DNA of 64,000 nt from the NCBI GenBank assembly GCA_963813535.1, contig CAWEZH010000003.1, positions 416,001-480,000 on the forward strand, read 5' to 3'. The DNA is from an uncultured Chloroflexia bacterium (GTDB lineage: Bacteria > Chloroflexota > Limnocylindria > Limnocylindrales > CSP1-4). Of the stretch, positions 1 through 8,803 are shown one piece after another. The notes below the pieces were generated by a model. That model did not search any database. It saw nothing but the letters and a program-made list of their open reading frames with translations, and was not told the DNA's origin. Positions within the stretch are counted from its first letter, which is position 1. Each line of letters opens with the position of its first letter. The position numbers were made by a program, and so were the translations under genes.

Positions 1-632
1 GGCCCCTCGAAGTCGCCGGTCCGAGTGCGGTTCGTCGTACCGACCTCGATGAGACGCGCGCCGGCGCGGCGGATGATCTCGTGGATGCGGACGCCGCCCC
101 CGATCTCGACCAACTCACCGCGCGATACGAGCACCCCGCCGCGACCCACCAGCGCGACCGCCAGCGCGAGGGCCGCGGCATTGTTGTTGGTGACGAGGGC
201 ATCCTCGGCGCCAGTCAGCGCGATGAGGTGGTCCTCGGCGACCCGTGCCCTGGCCCCGCGCCGGCCCGTGTGGCGATCGAGCTCGAGCAGCAGCGCATCG
301 CTGGTCAGGTCGGCGACGGCCCGCGCGACCGACGGCGGCCACGGCGCCCGACCGAGGTTGGTGTGGATGAGCACGCCGGTCGCGTTGATGACGGGCACGA
401 GGCCCGCATCGGCGAACCCATCGAGCCGAGCCCGCGCCTCATCGGCGAGCGCGTCAGGGTCGCGCGGATCGTCGCCGGCGGCGAGTCGCGAACGCTCCTC
501 GCCGACGACCTCGCGCACGACCGCGACCAGTGCGTCCGGGTCGAGGCCGTCGAGCGACGCCCGCAGGCGTTTCAGGACGGTCTCGACGCTCGGCGGACGT
601 GGACCCGCGCGGACGGCCGGCTTCGACGACAT
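1..632 (-). CDS. selA: L-seryl-tRNA(Sec) selenium transferase (selenocysteine synthase), partial, runs off the left edge
   Basis: Not in the ORF track because it has no stop in the window. Minus-strand translation from ATG 632 (SD GGAGG at 641-637) gives MSSKPAVRAGPRPPSVETVL...VINATGVLIHTNLGRAP...VTNNNAAAL...VSRGELVEIGGGVRI...EVGTTNRT, which are SelA signature motifs. Confidence 0.95.
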   Translation of the reverse strand, partial: MSSKPAVRAGPRPPSVETVLKRLRASLDGLDPDALVAVVREVVGEERSRLAAGDDPRDPDALADEARARLDGFADAGLVPVINATGVLIHTNLGRAPWPPSVARAVADLTSDALLLELDRHTGRRGARARVAEDHLIALTGAEDALVTNNNAAALALAVALVGRGGVLVSRGELVEIGGGVRIHEIIRRAGARLIEVGTTNRTRTGDFEG

Positions 633-642
633 CGGTCCTCCG

Positions 643-739
643 TGGCGGGAACGCGTGGGAGTCGAACCCACCACGCCACGCCGAGCGCGGCATCACCGGT
701 TTTGAAGACCGGGGGACCCACCGGGGCCCAACCGCTCCC
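643..739 (-). tRNA. selC: tRNA-Sec (anticodon UCA)
   Basis: Reverse complement is GGGAGCGG TT GGGCCC-CGGT-GGGTCC CCCGGT-CTTCAAA-ACCGGT, then a long variable arm, GTGGG-TTCGACT-CCCAC GCGTTCCC G CCA. It has a 6-bp D stem with a 4-nt loop and a UCA anticodon, and lies between selA and selD. Confidence 0.97.
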
Positions 740-835
740 ACGCGATGGTAATGCGGACGCCCAGGAGCGGCCGATCCGTGCGTTGCCGCCTCCGCGCCGG
801 CGGTGGTCCAACGAACGCCGCCATATCATCGAGAC

Positions 836-1885
836 ATGACGACGCTCTCCGACGTGCCGAGCCTCCGTCTCACGACGCTCACCGATTGCGGCGGGTGTGC
901 GGCCAAGCTCGGTGCCGACATGCTGTCCGAGGCGCTGGCCGGCCTCGGTGCGGTGGCGGCACCGGCGGAGCTCATCGCCGGCCTCCAGCCGCCGGACGAT
1001 GCGGCGGCGTATCGGGTCAGCGACGACCTCGCGATCATCGGCACGGTCGACTTCTTCCCACCGCTCGTCGACGATGCCCGCACATTCGGCGAGATCGCCG
1101 CCGCGAACGCGATGAGCGACGTGTTCGCGATGGGTGGCCGCGTCCTCTTCGCCCTGTCTATCGCAGCATTCCCCGAGGAGCTGCCGCGGGACGTGCTGGC
1201 GGAGATCTTCGACGGGGCTGCGGCCAAGGTCCGCGAGGGCGGCGGCACCCTTGCCGGCGGCCACACGATCCACGATCCCGAGCCCAAGTACGGCCTGGCC
1301 GTCGTCGGCGCGGCGCATCCGGACCGATTGCTACGCAAGGGTGGCGCCCGGCCAGGCGACACGTTGATCCTGACCAAGCGGCTGGGCACGGGCGTCCTCG
1401 TGAGCGGCGCGCGGCAAGGCCGGACGAAGCAGGACGACCTGGCCGCGGGCATCGACGAGATGCGCACATTGAACCGCGCCGCGGCCGAGGTCCTCGTCGC
1501 CGAGGGTATCAGCGGGGCGACCGACGTCACGGGTTTCGGACTGTTGGGTCACGGGCTCGAAGTAGCCCGCGGATCGGGCGCCCGACTCGTGTTCGACGCT
1601 GATGCGCTACCCGCGCTCCCCGGGGCGCTCGAGCTGGCCCGGGCCGGCGTCGAGACCGGCGGGGCGGCGCACAATCGCCGGTTCGTGGTCGGCAGCCTTG
1701 ACCTTGCCGATCGGCTGCCGCCCGAGGTCGTCGTGCTCGCCCACGACCCGCAGACGAGCGGCGGGCTGCTCGCGTCGATCCCCGAGGACCGGGTGACGCG
1801 AGTGACCACGGCGCTGCGCGATGCGGGCGTCGATCACTGGCGGGTGGGTCGGGTCGAGACGGGCAGCGGGGTCGCGCTCGCCTGA
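836..1885 (+). CDS. selD: Selenide, water dikinase (selenophosphate synthetase), Cys form
   Basis: Motifs RLTTLTDCGGCAAKLG, DDAA, TVDFFPP, AANAMSDVFAMGG, GGHTI, TDVTGFGLLGH and DPQTSGGLL. ATG 836 chosen because it is 6 nt after TATCAT. Confidence 0.96.
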   Translation: MTTLSDVPSLRLTTLTDCGGCAAKLGADMLSEALAGLGAVAAPAELIAGLQPPDDAAAYRVSDDLAIIGTVDFFPPLVDDARTFGEIAAANAMSDVFAMGGRVLFALSIAAFPEELPRDVLAEIFDGAAAKVREGGGTLAGGHTIHDPEPKYGLAVVGAAHPDRLLRKGGARPGDTLILTKRLGTGVLVSGARQGRTKQDDLAAGIDEMRTLNRAAAEVLVAEGISGATDVTGFGLLGHGLEVARGSGARLVFDADALPALPGALELARAGVETGGAAHNRRFVVGSLDLADRLPPEVVVLAHDPQTSGGLLASIPEDRVTRVTTALRDAGVDHWRVGRVETGSGVALA

Positions 1886-1919
1886 TCGAGAGCATGGCAG
1901 GTCGCGATCGCGACCGGCC

Positions 1920-2501
1920 CTAGCGAAGCCGAACTACCGCGCCGACGACCGTCGCGCCGATGCCGATCAGGACCTGCGGGATGTTGTCGAACAGGAACGC
2001 CTCGAACGGATAGACCGGTTCGCCGGCCTCGGCGGCGACGGCCGCGAACATCTGGATGTCGCTCCACATCCCGCCCAGCGAGAACCCAGCGCCCATCAGC
2101 CCACCGACCACGATGCCCGCCGCCGCGATGGCGGCGATCCGCGGCCCGCGCTTGATCCCGATCGACCGATCGATCACCTCGGCGATGAGCGTACCGGCGA
2201 AGAAGCCGAGCACGATCATCAGGAACCCAAGCTGTGCCCCGATCCAGGCGGCTGCGGCGCCGAGCCCCAGGGCGACCGCGAACCCGATCCCCATCTGGCT
2301 CGACTTGAGTGACGTGAGGGCGTCGCGCGACGGCTTGCCGCAGGTCTTGCAGCGAAGCCCGACCGGACCCTGCATCGCACATCCGGTGCAGATGGGCTGG
2401 TCGCAGCGACCGCAGCGGACCCACGTTTCGCGGTCCGGATGGCGATAGCAGTAAAGCGGCGGCGGTTCGGTCAGCTCGGCGGCGACGGCGTTGGTCGTCA
2501 T
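1920..2501 (-). CDS. B-box-like zinc-binding membrane protein
   Basis: N-terminal CYRHP...CGRC...ICTGC...RCKTC, as seen at the N-terminus of actinobacterial rhomboids, followed by about 4 hydrophobic helices. SD GAGGGGAG upstream. Confidence 0.8.
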   Translation of the reverse strand: MTTNAVAAELTEPPPLYCYRHPDRETWVRCGRCDQPICTGCAMQGPVGLRCKTCGKPSRDALTSLKSSQMGIGFAVALGLGAAAAWIGAQLGFLMIVLGFFAGTLIAEVIDRSIGIKRGPRIAAIAAAGIVVGGLMGAGFSLGGMWSDIQMFAAVAAEAGEPVYPFEAFLFDNIPQVLIGIGATVVGAVVRLR

Positions 2502-2600
2502 GCTCCCCTCGGGGCGGAATCGATGGGAGGGTGCCGTCCGAGTCGACGCTCGTCAAGGGGTACACTCGGACGGTCGTCATCCCCGCAGGAGAGTCACCCC

Positions 2601-4514
2601 ATGGGGAGACCCTACGTTCGGCTGACCCAGCCCCTGGTCCGCGATGGGAAGGGCAGTGACCTTCGCCCAGCGACATGGGACGAGGCACTCGACCGCGTGG
2701 TCGTCGGGTTCCAGGCCGCCAAGGCGGCTCACGGTCCGACGACCTTCGGCACCTTCAGTTGCAGCAAGGCGACCAACGAGGTCAACTTCGCCGCACAGAA
2801 GTTCAGCCGGCAGGTCCTGGGCAGCAACAACATCGACAGCTGCAACCGCACCTGACACGCCCCAAGCGTCGCCGGTCTGGCGACCGTGTTCGGTGCCGGT
2901 GGTGGCACGAGTTCATATCGTGAGGTCGAGGACACCGATCTGATCGTCCTCTGGGGCAGCAATGCCCGCGAGACGCATCCGATCTTCTTCCACCACGTCC
3001 TCAAGGCCGTGCACAAGGGCGCCCGCCTGATCGCGGTCGATCCGCGGCGGACGTCGAGCGCCGAGTGGGCCGACAGCTGGCTCGGGCTCGACGTCGGCAG
3101 CGACATCGCGCTCGCCAACGCCGTCGCGCGGGAGATCATCGTGTCCGGCCTCGAGAACCGCGAGTTCATCGAGCGGGCGACCTCCGACTTCGAGGCGTAC
3201 ACGGCGAAGGTCGAGTCGTACACGCTCGAATACGCGGAACGGGAGACCGGCGTCCCGGCCGAAGCGATCCGTGACCTCGCGCATGCGCTGGCGACCGCGC
3301 CGCGGGCGATGATCTGCTGGACGCTGGGCATCACCGAGCACCACAACGCCGTCGACAACGTCCTCGCCCTCATCGACCTGGTGCTGCTCACCGGCCACGT
3401 GGGCCGGTATGGAAGTGGCGTCAACCCGCTCCGCGGCCAGAACAACGTCCAGGGGGGCGGCGACATGGGCGCGCTCCCGGATCGCTTGCCCGGGTTCCAG
3501 CATGTCGAGAACGACGAGCTCAGGGCCAAGTTCGACGCCGCATGGGGGACGACCATCCCACCGAAGCGAGGTTGGCACCTGTCCGGCATGTTCGATGCGA
3601 TGGAGCGGGGCGAGCTGACGGCCGTCTACTGCATCGGCGAGAACCCCGTCCAGTCCGAGGCCGATCAGAAACGGGCCATCCACCTGTTGAGCGGCCTCGA
3701 CATGCTGGTCGTCCAGGACCTGTTCCTGACCAAGACCGCCGAGCTCGCGGATGTCGTGCTGCCGGCGTCCGCAGCATGGGCCGAGGGTGAGGGCACCGTC
3801 ACGAACTCCGAGCGACGCGTCCAGCGGGTCCGCAAGGCCGTCGAGCCGCCGGATGGCGCCCGCGACGACCTCGCGATCATGTTCGAGATCGCCGACCGGA
3901 TGGGCGCGGACTGGGGCGAGGCATCCGCGGAGCGGGTCTGGGACGAGCTCCGGTCGCTGTCGCCGGTCCACGCCGGCATGAGCTACAAGCGGCTCGAGGA
4001 GCTGGGGGGCATCCAGTGGCCGTGCTACGACGAGACCCATCCCGGCGAGCTGTTCCTGCACAGCCGGCTCTGGGAGGACCCGGTCCCCGGCAATCGCGTG
4101 CCGTTCGTCCCGGTCGATCACGATCCACCGGTCGACAAGCTGACCGACGACTTCCCGATCCGGCTCACCACGGGCCGCCGGCTCGACTCCTACAACACCG
4201 GTGTGCAGACCGCGGGCTACACCTCGCCATTGCGCCGCGGCGAATCCCTCGACATCTCGCCCGAGGACGCCGAGACCTACGGCTTCGCCGACGGCGAGCG
4301 CGTCCGCGTCGTGTCTCGCCGCGGCCAGGTCGAAGCGCCCGTCCGCATCGACCCATCGCTGCGGCCCGGACTCACGTTCATGACGCTCCATTTCCAGGAC
4401 GACGTCGCAACGAACCTGCTCACGATCGACGCGACCGATCCGAAGTCCGGCACCGCCGAGTTCAAGGCGACGGCCATCCGGATCGAGAAGCTGCAGGAAG
4501 CCGTGCCGGCCTGA
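2601..4514 (+). CDS. fdhF: Selenocysteine-containing formate dehydrogenase catalytic (Mo/W-bisPGD) subunit; UGA 2853-2855 = Sec
   Basis: ATG 2601 follows SD AGGAG. It reads NNIDSCNRT-UGA-HAPSVAGL (compare FdhF NNVDCCARV-U-HGPS) and continues in the same frame through GSNARETHP, PLRGQNNVQG and TNSERRVQ to a C-terminal dinucleotide-binding domain (LTTGR...TAEFK). The ORF track splits it at the UGA. Confidence 0.93.
2853..2890 (+). promoter_or_regulatory. Sec UGA codon and bacterial SECIS hairpin
   Basis: TGA at 2853-2855, then 12 nt later the stem-loop GTCGCC-GGTCT-GGCGAC (2868-2884) with a G-led apical loop, which is typical bacterial SECIS geometry. Confidence 0.85.
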
Positions 4515-4516
4515 CC

Positions 4517-5368
4517 ATGCCCCCGGAGACCGCGCCCGACGACGCAGCCGTGCCCGACCACGCGCACGACGAGGAGCCTGACGACTCGGCGAGCGAGGGC
4601 CCGTTCGTCTCGGACCCGCAATGGCGGGCCATCCTCGACGGGACGGACAAGGGCTTCGTCGCCGGCCGCGGCTTCTTCCGGCGGCTCCCGAGCTCGCCTC
4701 GTTGCAAGCTCTGCGCGGCACCGTTCGCCGGTCCGAGCGCGCCGTTCATGCGCATGATCGATCGCGGGCCGTGGGCGAAGAACCCGAACATCTGTGGCCT
4801 GTGCTTCAAGGAGCTCGAGAAGGGACGCGGCGGGGCCGAGATCGAGCTCAGCCTGCTGTTCGCCGACGTTCGCGGCTCCACGGGACTCGCCGAGCGGATG
4901 GGGCCGGCCGCCTTCCGCCGCTTGCTCGATCGCTTCTATCACGAGGCGACCGAGATCCTCGTGGCGCACGACGCCGTGGTGGACAAGTTCGTCGGCGATG
5001 AAGTGGTGGGCCTGTTCATCCCGGCGCTGAACGGGGCCAACCACGCCCGCGACGCCGTCGTGACCGGCCGCGCCCTGCTCAAGGCGACGGGCCACGGCCG
5101 GCCGGAGGGACCGTGGATCCCCATCGGCGTCGGGATCCACACGGGTGTGGCGTATGTCGGGACGGTGGGCGATACCGTGACGGACTTCACGGCGCTCGGG
5201 GACAGCGTCAACGTCGCGGCGAGATTGGCCTCCGCGGCGGCATCCGGCGAGATCCTCGTCAGCGCGGCGTCGGCTGACGCGGCCGATCTCCAGGATGCGG
5301 CCGAGACGCGCACCCTCACGCTGCGCGGCCGCACGGAACCACTCGACGTCCGCGTGCTCCGGGTCTGA
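4517..5368 (+). CDS. Class III adenylate/guanylate cyclase with N-terminal CxxC...CxxC domain
   Basis: Catalytic motifs LFADVRGST, VDKFVGDEV, GVGIHTG and DFTALGDSVNVAARL. N-terminal PRCKLC...NPNICGLC. ATG is 2 nt after the fdh stop. Confidence 0.9.
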   Translation: MPPETAPDDAAVPDHAHDEEPDDSASEGPFVSDPQWRAILDGTDKGFVAGRGFFRRLPSSPRCKLCAAPFAGPSAPFMRMIDRGPWAKNPNICGLCFKELEKGRGGAEIELSLLFADVRGSTGLAERMGPAAFRRLLDRFYHEATEILVAHDAVVDKFVGDEVVGLFIPALNGANHARDAVVTGRALLKATGHGRPEGPWIPIGVGIHTGVAYVGTVGDTVTDFTALGDSVNVAARLASAAASGEILVSAASADAADLQDAAETRTLTLRGRTEPLDVRVLRV

Positions 5369-5397
5369 CGGGAGACTCGCGGCTACACTCGACCTCG

Positions 5398-7245
5398 ATG
5401 GACCTCCACGTCATCGGGCCGCTCGCTTCCCCTGCCGAACGAGCGGCGGTCGACAGCGTCCTCGGTTCCCCGGAGTCCGGCTGGGTGGGTGGTCCACGCC
5501 ATCCGGGCGTGGACGGCCATGCCTCCCGCGGCGGCCACGCGTTGCGATCGCGGCGCTCGGAGCTCATACCCGCGCTGCACGCGGTCCAGGATCGGGTCGG
5601 CTGGATCAGCCAGCCCGCGCTGAATTACATCTCGCGGCGTCTCGCGGTCCCGCCGGCCGAGGCCTACGGCGTGGCGACGTTCTACGCCCTCTTCGCGACG
5701 AAGCCCCGGGCACCGCTGATGGCCCATGTCTGCGACGACATCGCGTGCCGCCTTGCCGGCGCGGAGAGCATCTGTGACGACCTGACCAGGACGGTCGGGC
5801 CCGAGGGCGGAGCGAACGCCGACGGGCGGGTGGGCTGGCTGCGATCGCCCTGTCTCGGTCTGTGCGAGCAGGCCCCCGCAGCGCTGGTCACGGACGCCGG
5901 GGAACATGCACGCGTCGCGAGCGCGGCACCGGTCGATGCGGCCGGTGTCGTCGCGCGGCTGGATGGCGGTGGGGCACCGCGGCGACCTCTCGCGATCCCG
6001 CAGCACGGCGACCCATCGCTCCGCCTCCTGCGCCGGGTCGGGGTCGTCGACCCGGCATCGCTCGACGACTACCGGGCGCATGGCGGCTACGCGGGGCTGC
6101 CGAAGGCACTCGACATGGGCGGTGAGGCGGTCATCGCGGAGATCACGGCATCCAAGCTGATGGGCCGTGGCGGTGCCGCGTTCCCGACCGGCCGGAAGTG
6201 GGCAGCCGTCGCCGGGCAGCCCGCCCAGCCGCACTACCTCGTGTGCAATGCCGACGAGTCGGAGCCCGGCACGTTCAAGGATCGCGTACTGATGGAAGGT
6301 GACCCGTTCGCGGTCGTCGAGGCCATGACGATCGCCGCCGTCGCGACCGGCGCGAGCCAGGGGTACATCTACATCCGGGGCGAGTATCCCGAAGCCGATG
6401 CGGCCATCCGCGGCGCGATCGCCGCCGCGCGCGCCGCCAACCTGCTCGGTCCCGACATCCTCGGGTCGGGCGTCTCCTTCGACATCGAAGTCCGACGTGG
6501 CGCCGGCGCGTATATCTGCGGCGAGGAGACCGCCCTCTTCGAGTCGATCGAGGGCAAGCGCGGCGAGCCGCGCAACAAGCCGCCATTTCCCGTCGAGGTC
6601 GGTCTCTTCGGGAAGCCGACCGTGGTGAACAACGTCGAGACGCTCGCGAACGTCCTGCTGGTCCTCGCGATGGGTGGCGAGACGTATGCCGGCATCGGCA
6701 CCGAGGGCTCGACCGGACCCCGGCTGTTCTGCCTGTCCGGACACATCGGGCGGCCCGGGGTCTACGAGGTCGAGTTCGGGACGACACTCGGCGAGATGAT
6801 CGAGATGGCCGGCGGCGTGTCCGGCGGCCACGCGATCCGGGCGATCCTGCTCGGTGGTGCGGCGGGTGTCTTCGTCGGGCCGGACGCCCTGGCCATGCCG
6901 CTGACATTCGAAGCGACGCGCGCGGCAGGGGCCACGCTGGGCTCCGGGGTGATCATGGTGTTCGACGAGACCGCGGACCTCGTCGGCACGATGCGCCGGA
7001 TCGCGCAGTTCTTCCGCGATGAGTCGTGCGGGCAATGCGTCCCGTGCCGGGTCGGCAGCGTCCGCCAGGAGGAGCTGCTCACGCGACTGGCCTCCGGGTC
7101 GCAGATCCGGTCTCGGGACGAGGAGCTGATCCTCCTGCGCGAGATCGGCCAGGCCATGCGCGACGCCTCGATCTGCGGTCTCGGTCAGACCGCCTCGTCG
7201 GCGATCGAGTCGGCCGTCCGGCAGCCCGAACTGGTGGCGCTGTGA
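5398..7245 (+). CDS. NAD(H)-dependent diaphorase subunit, NuoE-NuoF fusion (FDH beta/gamma type)
   Basis: NuoE-type 2Fe-2S ligands CDDIAC...CLGLC. NuoF motifs GRGGAAFPTGRKW, NADESEPGTFKDR, GAGAYICGEETAL, SCGQCVPCRVG and ICGLG. Confidence 0.93.
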   Translation: MDLHVIGPLASPAERAAVDSVLGSPESGWVGGPRHPGVDGHASRGGHALRSRRSELIPALHAVQDRVGWISQPALNYISRRLAVPPAEAYGVATFYALFATKPRAPLMAHVCDDIACRLAGAESICDDLTRTVGPEGGANADGRVGWLRSPCLGLCEQAPAALVTDAGEHARVASAAPVDAAGVVARLDGGGAPRRPLAIPQHGDPSLRLLRRVGVVDPASLDDYRAHGGYAGLPKALDMGGEAVIAEITASKLMGRGGAAFPTGRKWAAVAGQPAQPHYLVCNADESEPGTFKDRVLMEGDPFAVVEAMTIAAVATGASQGYIYIRGEYPEADAAIRGAIAAARAANLLGPDILGSGVSFDIEVRRGAGAYICGEETALFESIEGKRGEPRNKPPFPVEVGLFGKPTVVNNVETLANVLLVLAMGGETYAGIGTEGSTGPRLFCLSGHIGRPGVYEVEFGTTLGEMIEMAGGVSGGHAIRAILLGGAAGVFVGPDALAMPLTFEATRAAGATLGSGVIMVFDETADLVGTMRRIAQFFRDESCGQCVPCRVGSVRQEELLTRLASGSQIRSRDEELILLREIGQAMRDASICGLGQTASSAIESAVRQPELVAL

Positions 7246-8348
7246 GCGACGACACGCGCGGGCTGTCGATGAGCCGCGACCCGGCGCCGGACCCGGCCAC
7301 GCCGCACGCCGGCCAGGCGCCGGCCGCGCAACCGTTGACCGAGATCGTCCTCAGCCCGCCGGCCCGGCCATCGCGGCCACCCGTTCCGCCACCCGTCGAT
7401 CCGCCACCGTCGATCGAGCTGACCATCGACGGCCGGACCGTCACGGTCCCGGCCGGCACGACCATCCTCGGTGCGTGTCGTGCCCTCGGCATCGATACGC
7501 CGACCCTCTGTTACGCCGAGAACCTGACGCCGGTCAACGTCTGCCGGGTCTGCGTCGTCGAGGTGGCCGGCGCGCGTGTCCTGGCCCCGGCCTGCTCGCG
7601 CACGGTCGAGGCCGGCATGGATGTCCAGACAGACAGCGACCGAGTCCGCACCTCGCGCAGGGTCGTGCTGGAGTTCCTGGCCTCGTCGGTCGATGTGTCG
7701 CTCGCCGGTCCGGCCGTGCCGGACGGGACCATCCACGACTACATGGACCGCTATGACGCGGATCCGGGTCGCTTCGGGGAGCCGGCCCGTCCGGCCGCGG
7801 CCGGGGAGCGCGATGCCCATGAGCCCGGTCATCACCATGCGCCGTCGGCTGAGGAAGCCGGGTATGCCGCGACCGTCGCCCAACCGACCAAGGTCGACAA
7901 CGAGCTCTACGTCCGCGACTACTCGAAATGCATCCTCTGCTACAAGTGCGTCGAGGCGTGCGGCGAAGACGCCCAGAACACCTTCGCGATCGCCGTCGCG
8001 GGGCGCGGGTTCGACGCTCGCATCTCGACCGAGCAGGCCGTCCCGCTGCCCGAGTCGGCCTGCGTGTACTGCGGCAACTGCATCGGCGTCTGTCCGACCG
8101 GCGCACTGATGGCCAAGACCGAATACGACATGCGCGCCGCCGACACGTGGGATCCCTCGGCCCAGACCGTGACGTCCACGATCTGCCCGTACTGCGGCGT
8201 CGGGTGCGTCGTCGACCTCCACGTGCAGGACGACCGCATCCTCAAGGTGACATCGCCGTTGGACTCGACCGTCACCGAGGGCCACCTCTGCGTGAAGGGC
8301 CGGTTCGGCTTCGAATTCGTCAACGAGCGTCCGAAGCCGTCGGCGTGA
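7242..8348 (+). CDS. Fe-S subunit of split formate dehydrogenase (2Fe-2S, 2x4Fe-4S and molybdopterin-oxidoreductase Fe4S4 domain)
   Basis: GTG 7242 overlaps the upstream stop (alternative ATG 7269). Motifs PTLC..VNVCRVC..PAC, CILCYKCVEAC and CVYCGNCIGVCP, with C-terminal TICPYCGVGC...HLCVKGRFG. Confidence 0.9.
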   Translation: MSDDTRGLSMSRDPAPDPATPHAGQAPAAQPLTEIVLSPPARPSRPPVPPPVDPPPSIELTIDGRTVTVPAGTTILGACRALGIDTPTLCYAENLTPVNVCRVCVVEVAGARVLAPACSRTVEAGMDVQTDSDRVRTSRRVVLEFLASSVDVSLAGPAVPDGTIHDYMDRYDADPGRFGEPARPAAAGERDAHEPGHHHAPSAEEAGYAATVAQPTKVDNELYVRDYSKCILCYKCVEACGEDAQNTFAIAVAGRGFDARISTEQAVPLPESACVYCGNCIGVCPTGALMAKTEYDMRAADTWDPSAQTVTSTICPYCGVGCVVDLHVQDDRILKVTSPLDSTVTEGHLCVKGRFGFEFVNERPKPSA

Positions 8349-8776
8349 CCCTGTCGCCCGCAGAGCGCGACCTCCTGGCCGACGCTCGTCGCGCCACGCT
8401 CGGCACGATCGACCCGGACGGGCGACCCCGCCTCGTGCCGATCTGCTTCGTCGTGGTCGAGGACGTGCTGTGGACGCCGCTCGACGAGAAGCCCAAGACC
8501 GTCGCCGATCCGCGTGCGCTCGCCCGCGTCCGAGACATCGAGGAGCGCCCGGAGGTCACGTTGCTGGTGGATCACTGGTCCGAGGACTGGTCGGAACTCG
8601 GGTGGCTCCGTCTCCGCGGCCGCGCCACGGTCATCGAGCCGGAGCGGGTCCCGGACGGGATCGTCCCGGCCTTGCGCGCCAAGTACCCGCAGTACGAGCA
8701 GCAGGAGTTGGAACATCGACCCGTGATCCGGGTCGAACTGGACCGCGTCACGAGCTGGTTCGCCGCCAGGCCGTGA
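8345..8776 (+). CDS. PPOX-class probable F420-dependent oxidoreductase
   Basis: GTG overlaps the upstream TGA. Sequence ARRATLGTIDPDGRPRLVPICF...DEKPK...LARVRDIEERPEVTLLVDHWSEDWSELGWLRLRG...LRAKYPQY. Confidence 0.85.
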   Translation: MTLSPAERDLLADARRATLGTIDPDGRPRLVPICFVVVEDVLWTPLDEKPKTVADPRALARVRDIEERPEVTLLVDHWSEDWSELGWLRLRGRATVIEPERVPDGIVPALRAKYPQYEQQELEHRPVIRVELDRVTSWFAARP

Positions 8777-8803
8777 CCTGACAGGGCGGATCGACCTGTC
8801 CGC

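Noticed and set aside
25-839. Plus-strand ORFs 25-705 and 81-839
   Set aside because: They are shadows of minus-strand selA and tRNA-Sec.
2439-2855. Separate short ORF or fdh pseudogene ending at TGA
   Set aside because: The TGA is a Sec codon with a SECIS, and the frame continues to 4514.
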